The notes below the pieces were generated by a model, which did no database searches, was not told the DNA's origin, and saw nothing but the letters and a program-made list of their open reading frames with translations. Made by a program: the position numbers and the translations under genes. This document shows, piece after piece, positions 36,091 to 49,077 of a DNA stretch of 64,000 nucleotides. Source of the stretch: Balanoglossus misakiensis (Eukaryota; Animalia; Hemichordata); NCBI GenBank assembly GCA_040954595.2, contig CM082576.2:9427129-9491128 (forward strand), in the 5' to 3' direction. How positions within the stretch are numbered: the stretch's first letter is position 1; every line of letters begins with the position of its first letter.

Positions 36091-36232
36091 AAGATAGCTG
36101 CCTTCGACAACAGAACCATGTTCGTAAAAACGTAGGTGCAGTATTTCAGCAAACTATTGGCCAATGTGTTCAGTACAGTTTTTGCTATTGGTTCGTTATG
36201 AAATGTGATGCAGGTACTGGCCATTTAGATAC

Positions 36233-36302
36233 ACCAATCAGGGGCCCTGTAAAGTAATGAGAGCTATCGTAGTTAGTAGTATTTACAGGGCCCCTGATTG
36301 GT
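36233..36302. repeat. Perfect 21-bp inverted repeat with a 28-nt spacer
   Basis: accaatcaggggccctgtaaa (36233-36253) and tttacagggcccctgattggt (36282-36302). Confidence 0.95.
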
Positions 36303-37304
36303 CCATTTAAACGATGGCCATTGACTGAATCGCCATCATCACCAACCACACGAAGTTCAAATGTGGTTGCCTCTCTTACTACCATTACCATGCCGCCATG
36401 ACGACTGTAGCTCGATCTGTGGCAGCCTCAAACGTCTAATGCAATGTTACGAGAATCTTTGATCGTATGGACATTGTTTACGTATTTCAGTCGATTTTCC
36501 AAGGAGTACTGCCCGAGTACACGGGTTAAAACTCCGGCATGGCAACGGATTTTGACCTTCGCTCACTGCTGTTGTGCGAGGTCTCATCACAAGGTGAATT
36601 AGGCGTTCTTTTCGGGGAAACAAATGAATAAATAAATAAACACACAAAGAAAGAAACAACAACCACCGTCATGATAAACAACGCGGTGTCTTGAATAGCC
36701 TCCCGCTCGCGCGATCGAGCAGCTGATACAGGATATGGCTTGTGTCATCACCAGCGGGTAGTACTCCTTGGAAAATTGGCTAAAACACGTTAACAAACCA
36801 GTGTTATTTTTTCACGAAAGGAGTTTTGGGACCAGAAATAACCAGAGTTCAGGCTTGTATAGGTCGTTTTATTGAATTACGCTCATTTTGTTTTCTGTCG
36901 CCGGTCAAATGATCCTACTACACCAGTCGTGTCGTTACAACTGCACGATTAGAAAGCGAGTTGACCCGCAGCTGTCCGTGAGGAGTAATCAGCGCCCCCA
37001 CCCCCCTCAACGCTGCGTACCACAGCTAGGCGACCGTATGACGTTAGACGATCCCTTTTACAGTTATTCACAACATCGACAAACAACAGCAAGGAATGCC
37101 CCATTGTTTTTAAGAAGAATACTTATCATCATCATCATCATTTCATCGACAACCAACTAACAAACAACCAAACAATACGATTTCATTTTCTGTGACCCTG
37201 TGGTTTTAAATTTAAATGACACGTGATCCAGATACCTGGCGCGTCCCGCCACGTCCACGTCCTTGACAACAGATCTGGCTGAATATTCGTGACAGTTGTT
37301 GAAG

Positions 37305-38780
37305 ATGAAGCGGAACCGTTGTATATCAACCACGCTGACTTTCCTGTCGGCTTTGACCGTGATTTTCCTCATAGTATGGAACGAGAGTCCCGTGTTATCG
37401 AATATGAGTGCTGAGCAGATGTCCCAAGCAGCGTGGCGGAGACTCGTCTACACAGGGCGTAAACTCTTACAAGATTCGAATGCCACCCCATGCAGCTGCC
37501 TTTCGAAGTGGCAGGTTCCCCCTTTGGATGCGGCGCAGAAGAGACGCCGCCAGGTTGAGTTGGACGACTGGAAGAGAATGCACGCAAGCTCAGAAGAACC
37601 ACTGGCATTGTGCGAGCCATTTTCACCATTTCGGTACTTTGGGAGTGGCATCACAGTGGAGCCGTTACAGTCTACACAGCTACACGGACTAGAAATAAAC
37701 ATTTCCTCTCACTTGGGAGCGGGGGCGAAAACTCAAATTCAACTTCGTTGTCGCAACTCTTTCGGTGTTTTGTACGTCACCAACAAAAAATATTTCGACG
37801 CCGTCATGGGAAATAACACAGAATTATTGACTTTGAATGTGAATACACTTGCCAACACTCCGAACAGTACTGCTATCGTGCTTTCCAATGTCAGATACCA
37901 AAGTACTGTATACTGTACTGAATGTCGAGAAATCGTCGACGTGAGTTGGGACCCATATATGGTGTCGGTGCATGTGCACGTAAAACGACACCAGTTACCA
38001 GTACTGTTCGATCCGGGTCCGTCAAACAGCATCATCAACAAGGTAACTATCGCAGTCAAGACATTTGAGCGTTACCCTAGTCTAAAGAGGTTAATAGCAA
38101 GTGTTCACCAATTTTACCCAAATATGACTATTCTTGTCGCCGATGACACGGAGGTGCCGGAAAAAATCAATGTGCCTAACGTGAAACAGTACATTATGCC
38201 ATTTGCTGAAGGTTGGTTTGCTGGCAGAAATCTGTTGGTCAGTCAGGTGAGAACCAAATATTTTCTGTGGGTGGACGACGACTTTGTTTTCTCGGAAGGA
38301 ACCCGCCTCGAGAACTTTGTGGAGAAATTTGAACATCCAAACGTAGCCGTGGATATTGTCAGTGGAATTGGTTCGGGCACCTTCGGGATATCGAGTGGCA
38401 GCTGTTGGGGTTGTCGAAAGATTGAAATTGAACACAGCGACGAAGGCGATTGTGTCAAGGTCGTGCGTCCGGGGAGCTATCACCAAGTGCCGGAATTTCC
38501 ACAGTGTACCTGGGCGGACATTACGGACAATTTCTTCCTGGCTAGAACCATCTCCGTCAGAAACATTGGTTTTGACCCATTCTATCAGAAAGTTGGACAT
38601 GCTGAATTTTTCTTCGATGGTCTTGGAAAATTGAAGGTGATGTCGTGTTCAGATGTTAATGTGATTCACAAATCAGATCACTCTAATCCTAAATACAACA
38701 AGTTCAGATTCACAAACGACGCCGAAGGTAATATAAGGCATACATTGTTCAAAAACAATTTAAAATGCATCATGGATTAG
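37305..38780 (+). CDS. Beta-1,4-N-acetylgalactosaminyltransferase 1/2-like (GM2-synthase/Sda-synthase family, GT2 fold), uninterrupted CDS
   Basis: Type II anchor MKRNRCISTTLTFLSALTVIFLIVW, then stem CSC, VTIAVKTFERYPSL, ILVADD, YIMPFAEGWFAGRNLLVSQVRTKYFLWVDDDFVF (DxD), NFFLART, GFDP and HAEFFFDGLGKLKV. First ATG at 37305. B4GALNT1 versus B4GALNT2 orthology cannot be resolved here. Confidence 0.92.
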   Translation: MKRNRCISTTLTFLSALTVIFLIVWNESPVLSNMSAEQMSQAAWRRLVYTGRKLLQDSNATPCSCLSKWQVPPLDAAQKRRRQVELDDWKRMHASSEEPLALCEPFSPFRYFGSGITVEPLQSTQLHGLEINISSHLGAGAKTQIQLRCRNSFGVLYVTNKKYFDAVMGNNTELLTLNVNTLANTPNSTAIVLSNVRYQSTVYCTECREIVDVSWDPYMVSVHVHVKRHQLPVLFDPGPSNSIINKVTIAVKTFERYPSLKRLIASVHQFYPNMTILVADDTEVPEKINVPNVKQYIMPFAEGWFAGRNLLVSQVRTKYFLWVDDDFVFSEGTRLENFVEKFEHPNVAVDIVSGIGSGTFGISSGSCWGCRKIEIEHSDEGDCVKVVRPGSYHQVPEFPQCTWADITDNFFLARTISVRNIGFDPFYQKVGHAEFFFDGLGKLKVMSCSDVNVIHKSDHSNPKYNKFRFTNDAEGNIRHTLFKNNLKCIMD

Positions 38781-39110
38781 TTAAGAGACTGCAGTTAAAA
38801 ACCGCACCGATACCCGACTTGTCGAGAAACGTATGCAACATGTGAAAGCATGACCTAGGCCTATGTGCAGGGGAAACAACGGCCTTTTTTAATTCTTTCC
38901 CGAGAAAATTGATTCAAGAGAAAATGTAATAGGGACTGTTTTATAATTTTAAAAAGTGGATATAATTCACAATTGAAACCGAAATACTATAATCAACACC
39001 CGCAGCACAATTATCAGAGACCAACAAGTGGTCAGTCTTTCTTACTTGTATACAGAAGCACGTTTTACATAAAGGAAATCCCATCTTGCTGCCTTATGGC
39101 TGTGTACCGA

Positions 39111-39520
39111 CTTTTAGCACGAACATAGCTCAGTGCCTTTTATCAACGGTTGTTTGGAGAGAGAAAATGTGTACTTGAAAAGTTTTATATTTGATCCATA
39201 TGTGCTTTTACATTGCACTAACAGCCACAATACAGGTCAAGATGGCTGCCTTCGACAACAGAACCATGTTCGTCCTCTTCTGGTTGTTTTTGCGATTTAG
39301 ACGGGACAGTTTTTAGCACGAACATAGCTCATTGCCTTTTATCAACGGTTATTTGGAGAGAGAAAATTTGTACTTGAAAAGTTTTATATTTGATCCATAT
39401 GTGACTTTGACATCATTTTTATGGGTTTATTGTACTAAAAGCCAAAATACAGGTCAAGATGGCTGCCTTCGACAACAGAACCATGTTCGTCACCTTCTGG
39501 TTGTTTTTGCGATTTTTGCG
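39111..39520. repeat. Two-copy tandem duplication with a unit of about 200 bp
   Basis: ttttagcacgaacatagctca...ttttatatttgatccatatgtg...aatacaggtcaagatggctgccttcgacaacagaaccatgttcgt...ttgtttttgcgattt at 39111-39300 and 39311-39520. Confidence 0.93.
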
Positions 39521-39613
39521 ATTAAGGGGACAATTTGACCCATCGATCGCTTTTAAACGAGGTATCTTGTATACGGTTAAGAGTTGACTAGTGATCAGCC
39601 CCCAAATTGAAGG

Positions 39614-39688
39614 TAGCCTAGTATCTAGCTGTGTTTTGTCCGCTTTCTTTGGAAGAAAAGCGGACAAAATACGGCTAGATTCTAGGCT
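39614..39688. mobile_element. Short palindromic MITE-like element
   Basis: agcctagtatctagctgtgttttgtccgcttt and aaagcggacaaaatacggctagattctaggct form imperfect inverted arms of about 32 bp. Confidence 0.65.
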
Positions 39689-40150
39689 TCCCCCAGGGCG
39701 AAACTGGCGGCGTGGTCGTCAGCAGCGTGAGAAAATTCGGCAGTCAAGGAGATGTTTGGTCTTTCTTACAATAATGGGCGCAAATGTGCCATTAATTTAG
39801 TAATTAAAATATGCCTAAAAGACACTTGATTTCTTCCGTAGCCAAGTCGACTCCTCGACGCACCATTGTCAAATGATATCGGATGTTGTGTATAGGTCAA
39901 AGCATAGACCCAAAGACTACACTGTATTTCATCAACTGTAAAGGGCGTCAACTAAGACCTGGGTCGGACAAAACGTGTCCACATACACGTACACACACCA
40001 GGCCGAGACCTGGGTCACAGGCCCTCTCAGGCCGAGCTTCGCTCGGCCCACGAGGGCGCACATTCAACCAGATAATAAGTCTGCGTAGTCGGCGAGTGGG
40101 GATGTGAGAGAGTCTAGATCGAGCAGCTGACGCAAGAAGAAGTGCCTTGT

Positions 40151-40217
40151 GTCAAAGGTCCCGTCAGTAAGCTGGTAAATTACTAGAGTTTACTAGCATA
40201 CGGATGAGACCTTTGAC
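40151..40217. repeat. Imperfect hairpin with a 29-bp stem
   Basis: gtcaaaggtcccgtcagtaagctggtaaa pairs with tttactagcatacggatgagacctttgac across a 9-nt loop. Confidence 0.8.
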
Positions 40218-40780
40218 TGGGACACAAAATTGTCCGGACAATGGCCGGCCAGACCCTTTCACACCTGTTTTTGTTCTTTTGCTCGGCCACGTACCTGCCT
40301 AGGACAATGGCCTACCTTTTTAGAGCAATATGAACGGCCTAGTTGAGTCCAATGTGATGAAATTTAGTATACATTGTAGTATAGATGTGATTAGATTTTG
40401 GTTGTTGTGGCTTATTAATTAAATGCTCATTTGTATTGCTGGTGTAATATGTTGTTGGGGTCGTGGTTATAGGGTTGGGTCGATCATGGTTAGGGGGATA
40501 GGGGTAATAGCGTAGAACATTTCAACAAGATAATGCCGTCAACAAAGGGAAGAAGCAGTATATGAACATACATTTGTGTTCATCGCCAAAAATGCACCCA
40601 GCAAACATCGAAAGTGGTAAATTTCGACGTAGGGCCAACGCAATCCTATACTGATTGGGAGCGGACCATTTGATACTAGTATATCGGCCGGCCGATAACT
40701 AAAATGCAGCTGGTGGCGCTCTTCGTGTGACTATGCTGTCGCGCTGTAAGAAATATGAAATGGCGGAGTTCCGATCTGCA

Positions 40781-40995
40781 TTTTTAGCTCCGCTGTCAGC
40801 GACGCGGAACTTATCCAGATAGGTGGACTGACCGTCGTCCGTCCGTCCGTCGCCCCTCAACATTTGTCTTCATTTGTCTTCTCTGAAATCGCTGGTCAAA
40901 TTGTTTGTAAATTTTGTATGTAGCTTCCTTGAGGTGACTTTAGTCAAGTTTATTTTTTTAAATTGTGGTTATATTTGCATGTTTCATGTTTTTTT
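40781..40995 (+). mobile_element. 5' part of a Helentron-associated/DINE-1-like non-autonomous element
   Basis: Starts tttttagctcc, then a short palindrome (ctccgc...gcggaac), then a (gtcc)n core and ttctctgaaa...aaattttgtatgtag. This is the usual layout of such elements. Confidence 0.55.
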
Positions 40996-42790
40996 ATCAA
41001 AGCTTGTTACTTTTGCATGACAATCAGTACTACTTATTTTGTACTTGTAATAAAACTTACAAATCTACAATATTATTGTGTACTTCATTTATTCTCGTGA
41101 TACTTGTATGTCAACAGTACCTCTCTCTACACAAATCAGTCAAAAATGGCTCAATCATGTGTATGTCTATCCTCTACACTTTCTTATTCTACTCCCTACA
41201 TATGTTGGCTAACTTGGCTTGTTGAATATTCAACTTCTCATTATAACCTGCATATCAATCCGTCTAAATTGTTACCTATAAGCAAAGGTAAATATCGAGC
41301 CAACCGGACCCTACATCTGATTATAACCCGATTGATTGCAATGCACGTTAGCGGGTGGGGGTGACAGTAGATATACACAGAAAAGGGACAAGTCATGAAA
41401 CCAAACATCCACTGTCGACACCTATTGTCAAGTTCGGAAGATGTTTTCACTCACACAGAGGCAAAATTTAATAAATACAATGGCACATCCATACCACCCA
41501 TTTCATGTCAAAATTCATACCCGCTATCCTCTTTGCCCATTTATAACGATCTTTTGTGTTTTCGGGGCGATTTCTGGGGGGGGGGGGGGGGCTGAGCACC
41601 AAAGTGGCGTCCGGATATATCAAATGCCATTTACTTGTGATATCGTGTTTCATTTCAAAGAACCAAAGAAACCGTCATGTGAACTCGATGTCATGTCACA
41701 GGGATGGGCGGTGGGTAATGCCCGCGACAAACCTCGAACGACACCTGTTGAATGCGCAATTCTCTGCAACCCGTCCATCGTACTGTGATACTAGTATAAT
41801 TTGACATTTCATCGACATTTCACTTGTCCGCACCAGGCACGGTAAATAGGGTTGATAGGTGTGGCGGCTCACCCACAGGTTTCGTGAAATCAAGAAACAG
41901 TCCTTGAACACGCAGAGCTGTAGTACCTAGTAGTTTTAAGTGCGCATAACTACGAAGGTTATGAGACTAGAAATTTCCTCAGGTTGAACTCTCACGAATC
42001 TTGATTTGATACAGACGTGTGGTGTATTTTTTTTACCTTGTAAAAAACCGACCATTTTGTAATAAATAAGGAGGATTTTGTAATATATTAAACTGTTTGC
42101 TAAGACTTTTATTTTGTACGGTTTCATAGACTATAGAAATGTGTTTCTCCAGACAATTGTCGGTAGAATGCAGCAAGCTTTGCAGCCATTTTGCAGACAC
42201 CTTTTACATGTAAAAAAAAGTCTAGTCAGTCGTCCAATATTCGGCACGTTTTACTGTGGTGTGTTCTGCAGCAGCTGTATTCAGCAACACACAACCACGA
42301 CAATCGACTCCGGCAGCGGTGGGATAGGCCACATGAAGTTAAACTCGCTGAAATACTTTTGCGCCCATGTCTTGATGATCAAACGATGGGGCTTTTTGTG
42401 TTGGCACATTTCCACTGCAAGAGATGAGAGATGGGGTGCTAGAGGTCGTTGGATCAAAATAGAATCCTTTGTTGAAGTTAAACCTTATGCAGAAAAGGTA
42501 TTGTATATTGATTGCATCGGCGTATTTTATGAATTACGACAAAAATAAGCCATAGGGCGTTAACAATTATCACGACTCCACCTAAGATTCTTGGCACTAG
42601 GCCAACTTGTGAAACTTGTATGATGACGCCAGCGCCGGATCCCAAATTCTACTCGGATGCGCCAGATTATTTGAATCCAGACAATCTATGAAAAATAACT
42701 CAAATCGCAAAAACTGTACATTTTGGCAAATACTTCAATACCCGTTTTGTGTTGTACTAGTGTACTAGTATATCAAAGCGTCATTTTGCT

Positions 42791-42904
42791 CAATCTGATT
42801 AAAATCAGATGTAGGGAACGGCGACTTGTTTTTTTATGCTAGTGTGAGGCGACAGCATAAAAAAACCAAGTCGCCGTTCCCTACATCTGATTTTAATCAG
42901 ATTG
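42791..42904. mobile_element. 114-bp foldback MITE with TIRs of about 50 bp and a 9-bp target-site duplication (Mutator- or Merlin-type)
   Basis: Arms 42791-42840 and 42854-42904 are reverse complements apart from one indel. cattttgct flanks both sides (42782-42790 and 42905-42913). Confidence 0.9.
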
Positions 42905-44562
42905 CATTTTGCTATGACCACATGCGCACGCCGAATCTTTTGAGCGAGAGAACAGAAAAAACCTCGCGAGAGAAATGTCGAGAACCACCGAACCAAACCC
43001 AGCAATATTCTATCATCAAGCAGCCAAGTGCCTAAAACCATACGGCTAAGCATTAGACTAACTGTGAAATAACACTGTTCGGCGGGGATGAATTGGACTG
43101 TCTGTTCCTTAGCAACGCACACACACAATACGTCGGTTGTGACTGTATGCCAATCCTCATTGTTAGGTATTTTCGTCTCAGGTTGTTTTTCAGTAACAGA
43201 CGCACCGTGATCCAATACGCGGTAATTTCAATCATGCAGCCGGGCCTTGAACCGCATTATGAGGTCATAGCGTGATTTTCTATTTGTTTGTGTACTGTAA
43301 CTAGTGGTAACAATACTTTGAATACTGGCAGGGGAAAAATGCCAGTTGTGAACACTCATTTTTCAATGACGTCGGGGAGGGGGGGGGGGTGGCAGATTGG
43401 CAGACTCTCAGGAATGCTTTGACCGATTGCATATCTGTATCATGCGCAAAGTGTGTCATGCCGCGACAGGTGGCTAGAATGCCGGGATGGCAGTACGGAA
43501 AAGGGCAGTATTTTGAAAGTGGCAGAGTAAAAAGGTTCAGTGTTTTTTTACGGAATGGAGGGAACAGATCGAACTCAATGAAAGCAGATTAAGACGCACA
43601 TATCACTAGAGAACATTGAGGGCGAATCTATTCTCTGTACAAACAGAGTGAGAGGCGTTCTCTACAAAGCATTGTAGGTTGCGCTGTTCACGTCCACAAA
43701 AAGGGAGTTGTAGCCTATGTAGGTGAAGGTCGCGCTAACCTCCACAAAAAGGTCAAAGTCGTATGCAGTCTCATGGATAGATTTGACAGAAAAATGATAA
43801 TCCTTCAAACCTTCCGATTATTTGCTTGATTAAAGCATGTGGGGACTCTATTTGAAAGCCAAGAAGAAAACTCAGCGTTTCACTATGTTGTTGTCATGGA
43901 AATTGCTACTTAAAAGCTTGGCAGCCATTTTGAAATTCAAATACAAGACAATTTAGCTGTATCATTCAACAATATGCGCGGTGACCTCAATTTTTTATTT
44001 TCAATTTTAATACCGAATATCTTAAAGTTGCCTGTAAGAGAAAATTTCAGACTGACTTTAGAGGCATTCTTAAGGCAGCTACTGATTAGAAGCAGACCAT
44101 TTGATATCCTGACAACCTACTTATTATTTTGATACCTCTTATTCACTTACACATTGGTAAGAATTTAAGCCCATGCTCGAATAAATGGTACAGACCGATT
44201 ATTCATTTTGGCGAGTTTTTTACTCTCATATATACAAGCACTGGAAGATATGTGTGGTCGCATGTTGATTCAATATATATCCACATGTAAAATAACAAGA
44301 CACTTTAACAGTGTCTTGTATCAAACATAATTAATGGAAAAAAGGGCAGCAAGAGAAAGACTGTCCATTTAATGTGGAAAATGGTACCGGGTTACGGGTT
44401 CTTGAATGTGAGACTGAATTGATTTCACAACTTCATGCGATGTTAAGTTGCCAGTTGTGGGACTAACTTCAGTCTGTGGTTTACATGTCCCAGTGTAAAT
44501 GACAAGAGTTGTCATGAAGACATTGTTTTGTCAGACCGCTGGAGGAAACTAGATCATCACTG

Positions 44563-47500
44563 TCAGCTGTCCATCACTTCAGTCTGTCGGCCAGGCAAGT
44601 GTCTTTTGTCTTTCTTGGCGTTTTTCTTCCGTTTCTTGGCCATGTACTTGTCCAGCTGGCCTTTCTTTTTCAATTCACTGTACTTCTCCGCCAGCTCCAA
44701 CTTCTTCTTGTCAGCTGTAACGTAAAATGAGAGCAAATGTTTTAACCCTTTCACCACCATGGGTCAACTACGATCCGATTTTGACATCAAACGCCAAGAT
44801 TTGAAACTCAACATAAAAAAAAACCAACAACACAAATTGTAAACAACAGTTGATGACCTCAAACAGAAACACACAGTGAACTGTGGAACTTCTAGCCCAC
44901 ATTTTCATATGTGGAGGACAGTCCGACTCCAGTTTGCCATTAGATTCAAGCCGCTCTTGGCGTACTGTCACAAAAATGTTAGCACACTTACATTTTTTCA
45001 AGAAGTAAGGCGCCTTCCCATCCTTGGCCAGTTCTTTCATTTTTCTCTTGAATTCCTGTTCTCGCCTGGTCTTCTCGTCTTTGCGCTTGGAGGACTTCTC
45101 CTGGTCCCTCTGCAAGGAAAGAGCATTTAGTTATGGAGCTGTGGAAATACATTGACGTATATCCATACTCAGCTTAAAATGGTGGCTGACTGGGTGTTGT
45201 ACAGTAGTGTTTCTGGACAACTCCTGGCCCCCCAGGCTCTGTTGCATCAATACTGCATCCATTATGGCCAAGATTACAACGGAGACACGGATAGGCAGCC
45301 AAAATCAACCGTTTCACTGTATTACTGTAAATGTAATTATACTTACCATGCGCTGTAGGAGTGAACCAATTTCCTTCTTGCCGTCGTCTGTCTCGGCTTT
45401 CTTGTATGCCTCCTCCACTTTCTGTGATGGAGATAAATTAACAAAGTACACACTGGGTAAAGAAAGCTAAAAGCAAACACTCAGAAATTAATCTCGACAA
45501 CCCCTGCCATAGAAGAAAGTGTTGTTGTTTTTTCCTTCATATTTCTCTGTTTGTCACAAAAGTGATCTCTGAGGCATATTTGCTTATTCCTCCAATCTGA
45601 ACTTTGACCCCAAAGAAATACCAGTACATCCTCACTTTTGTCTTCGTTTCCCACAACTTTTCTGAGAAAAGCAAAACAAGACAATACAGGATTGCACTCA
45701 GCATAACTGGAAAAAGAAACACAAGCAAACAGATGCCTACCCTCTTTTCTCTTTTCTGTATGTCTGCTACAAACGAGTAACCTTTGTCGAAGAGCTCTTC
45801 CCTGTACTGGCCTGATAAATCATCAAATCGAGGATCTCGACGCACCTAAGGGGAGAGGAAAATCAGTAAGTAACAAGAGAATCAGGGGTCTGAAGAAATC
45901 CTATGCTCTGCAACACTTAATCTTCTGTTTTGTGGGACGCATCCTTCATAAGGTAAGTGTTCAACATCTCTGCGCATGAACTGCATTGTGCACTTTCATC
46001 AGTGAGAGTCTAACTGTGTGGGATTTTGTTTTACCTGTTTCTTCACAGCAATCACTTCCCTGAATCTACGGACAGGAGCTTTAGATGACATTTCTCGTGG
46101 TCTGTTGAAAGTGCAGAAATTACAGAATTTGCAATCTGATGCAGATGTACATTGCTATGGCAACTACACGTGTATGAAAGAAACCAGTCTGGGCATGTCT
46201 GGGTAGGAACTCCAGATGAACGTATTTGAGTTGAAAATAATTTCTATTCTGTTTACACGCATCCATAGAGATTTTTTGTCCCACCCATTTCAAAGCATAG
46301 TGCAGATGACCTCACAGACTACACACCCATCACGTAATAAAAAAAAAACAGAAATGGAATCAAGGGTCACCTACGTGATGAACCTCTAGAATGTGAAGCT
46401 AACACTAATAAAAGATGACCCACATAGTGCATCACTCCAGTTGATGAGCTTAACAAAAGCTCTTTCCTTTTGAGGGACAACCGTTACAAATATGTCCCAA
46501 AAAATATTTTCAATCGCTAAAACTTCCACATTTTTTTTTCCGTTGTTCCACAGACTGGTAAAAGTCAATATGGTTAACTGCCACTTGTTAAAACCAGCTC
46601 CTTCATTTTAAGTTCACAGGTTTGTGCACAATCCCTTTGTGTGTGTCAGTGCGCGGGGACTGCGGTTTGGGGTGTGATATCTAATTAGTTTTACCCTCTA
46701 CTTAACACATTCACAGGACAGACGGCCGACAGACTCAATACACTGTTTGTGCATATATTGTATTGTGCACAAAACCATGGTCCAGACTGAAAGTAATACA
46801 AGACTCAAACACGTGACGAAAGGTCAAGGTAAAATTGTTGAATGGATTTCTGTCTGCAGTCTGCTCTGCTCTGAATGTGAGCTGCCTACCCACATTGTTT
46901 GAGGGACATTCCCCTTGATTAGTTTGTGCCTGCCCTGCTATCATGCTTATTTTTCAGACATCTTGGGCAAAGACGCAACAAAGCTTGGTTGTAAATTGGC
47001 CGTTTCATTGAATTTGTTTTGCAAGACTGTCCCCTTCATGTACGTGAAAGCTGTACAAGCAATGCCTGTAAGCCGTGGCCTCAACATGCATAGACGCATG
47101 GCAGACACCTGACCTTGAAGTGTCATTGGTGATGAAATGTGTCGCTGCTTAATATCAATAGCGTACTGTATGAACATGTTGAAAGGAAACCTGTGATGCT
47201 ACAGCCTGCCATCTACGACAGAAATATGTTTTTTCTTTTGTTTATACGTGGCTGTCATCAGTAACAACAAGTGCTGGTTTTATGCAAAGTAATTATTTTG
47301 GCAGGAGAATGATAGGTCATTTCAGTTACTGGTTACAGTTCTGAGGATGACACGTACCACTACTGGTAGACAAACGGACAGAGTGTCTGTCCTGTTCTAT
47401 TGATATATCTGATACAGGACTTCCTTTCTTCCTTCCTCAAAAACAATTGAATTAAGCCTGCATTCCCAAGATTTAATGAACAATGCCGACTGAGCACTCT

Positions 47501-49077
47501 GAGCTTGATGTTGGGACTCTGTAGCAGTTTCAAAATCTCACCGGTTCTTGTTCTCTCTCTTGTAGTTTTTCTTCTTCGCGTCCTTGGTTGGTGACCCTTC
47601 ACCTCTTCCCAACAATGCCTTGTTGTATCTAGTAAACAACAACAAAAATGCTTACAAACTATTCTGAATGTCACAAGATTTTTGCATTAATTTTTCCCCA
47701 TTCTGTTATGATCATTTCTATGTGGACATCGTTTATAGTTATTAATAAAGAATTAATAATGATTATGAAACATGCTACAATGCTATCCACCCTTACATTT
47801 TTGTTCCAACTTTCTCTTTTAACTTCTGCAGCTCTTCAAAGGGCACTTCTGATAGTTCTGTGAGTGAAAAAAAGTGTTATATTGCTAGTCTTTTTACAAG
47901 ACTTTGCCATGCTCTTTCAACCATATAGATGACTTACCAGTAATTCATGTATTAAATTTGGAGTAAATTGTATGCTTTTAGTCACAGCAACATTTCAATT
48001 GTTCTACAAAAAATATTCCCACAGCATATGAAGAAGATTTAATGGTGGTGCTATTTTACTGTGAAGCTAAAATATTTTCTCAGCTATTCCATGTTTGATT
48101 AATTGAAGTCTTCTGCAATAGAATACAGCTGTCCTGTTCATCTTCTTGCAAGGGTGATGAACTCAGATTGTTTGAGTGGTCCATGTTGCAGACTGAAAAG
48201 GACACAATTCCTACCTTTACGGATAAAAGCCTGAAATTGAAAAAAATGTTCTGGAATTACAAAAGAAACTGCTGTATTAATGTAGGCAAGTGTTTATTTT
48301 TCAAATAAATTTATCAACCAATAACCATATCTCATGAAAATCACTCATTTACGACTTTACGATGACGTCAAACAAAGAAAAATATCATGGGATTATATAT
48401 AATACCCCCATTTTATTCAGTTATCAGAGAGTTACTTATTTCTACTGGGATAAAGGTGATAATTTGCCCACAAACCATTCTTTCTTGTACAGGATCAGAG
48501 GCCCTTTTTTCACTGTCCTGAGATTCATCATCTGTCCCTGCTGAACCTGAATCTGAATCCGATTCTGATGCATATGTTTCAGAGGCATCCTGCAAAGTGG
48601 AAATGAAGAAAACACTTACTTATCTGCTTAGTGCAAGTGTCACTTCAGATAAGCTGGCCTGTCTCGAACAGGAAAATAACAATTAACGGTAGAGGGCGCC
48701 AACCACTGGGTACAGCACACAGAAGAAAGTGTCCCATCTCTCATACGTCCCCCTTCTGAACCATATTCGGTGACACTTCACTCAGTATACATTTGCTGAG
48801 AAAGCAACACACATTTGCTTGACCCGAGACAGTAACCGGAGCGAAGATAACGGTTTACTCCCACAGTCGCGTCCTAAACGTACACTTGATGTGCACACAT
48901 GTATTACACATGTACATGTATGATGTAGTACAGAACCACAACAGACAACTTTACAACCGAAATCACGTTATTTATGATTTCATCATTCGGTTAAGAATTC
49001 CAAATCAGTTTCAATAATGATTAAACGTACTTAGTTATCTCCAAAATTTACAGCTGTCTTACCTTTGACACGACCAT
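44563..49077 (-). CDS. RRP36: Ribosomal RNA processing protein 36
   Basis: Exons give LSEVPFEELQKLKEKVGTK, KRENKNR|PREMSSKAPV, RRDPRFDDLSGQY...YSF, GKAPYFLKK and ELAEKYSELKKKGQLDKYMAKKRKKNAKKD. The start exon ATGGTCGTGTCAAAG|gtaag is at 49063-49077. The acidic N-terminal exons (about 47900-48590) are less certain. Confidence 0.92.

Noticed and set aside
37305-38780. Horizontal transfer of the intronless glycosyltransferase from bacteria
   Set aside because: The protein has the animal type II Golgi anchor, stem and B4GALNT1/2-specific motifs. Intron loss or retroposition is the simpler explanation.
39111-39520. CRISPR-like repeat array
   Set aside because: Only a two-copy 200-bp duplication in eukaryotic DNA, with no repeat-spacer periodicity and no cas genes.
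46102-47541. Intronic snoRNA in RRP36
   Set aside because: Plausible for a ribosome-biogenesis host gene, but I found no convincing C/D or H/ACA box arrangement. An Infernal/Rfam scan would be decisive.
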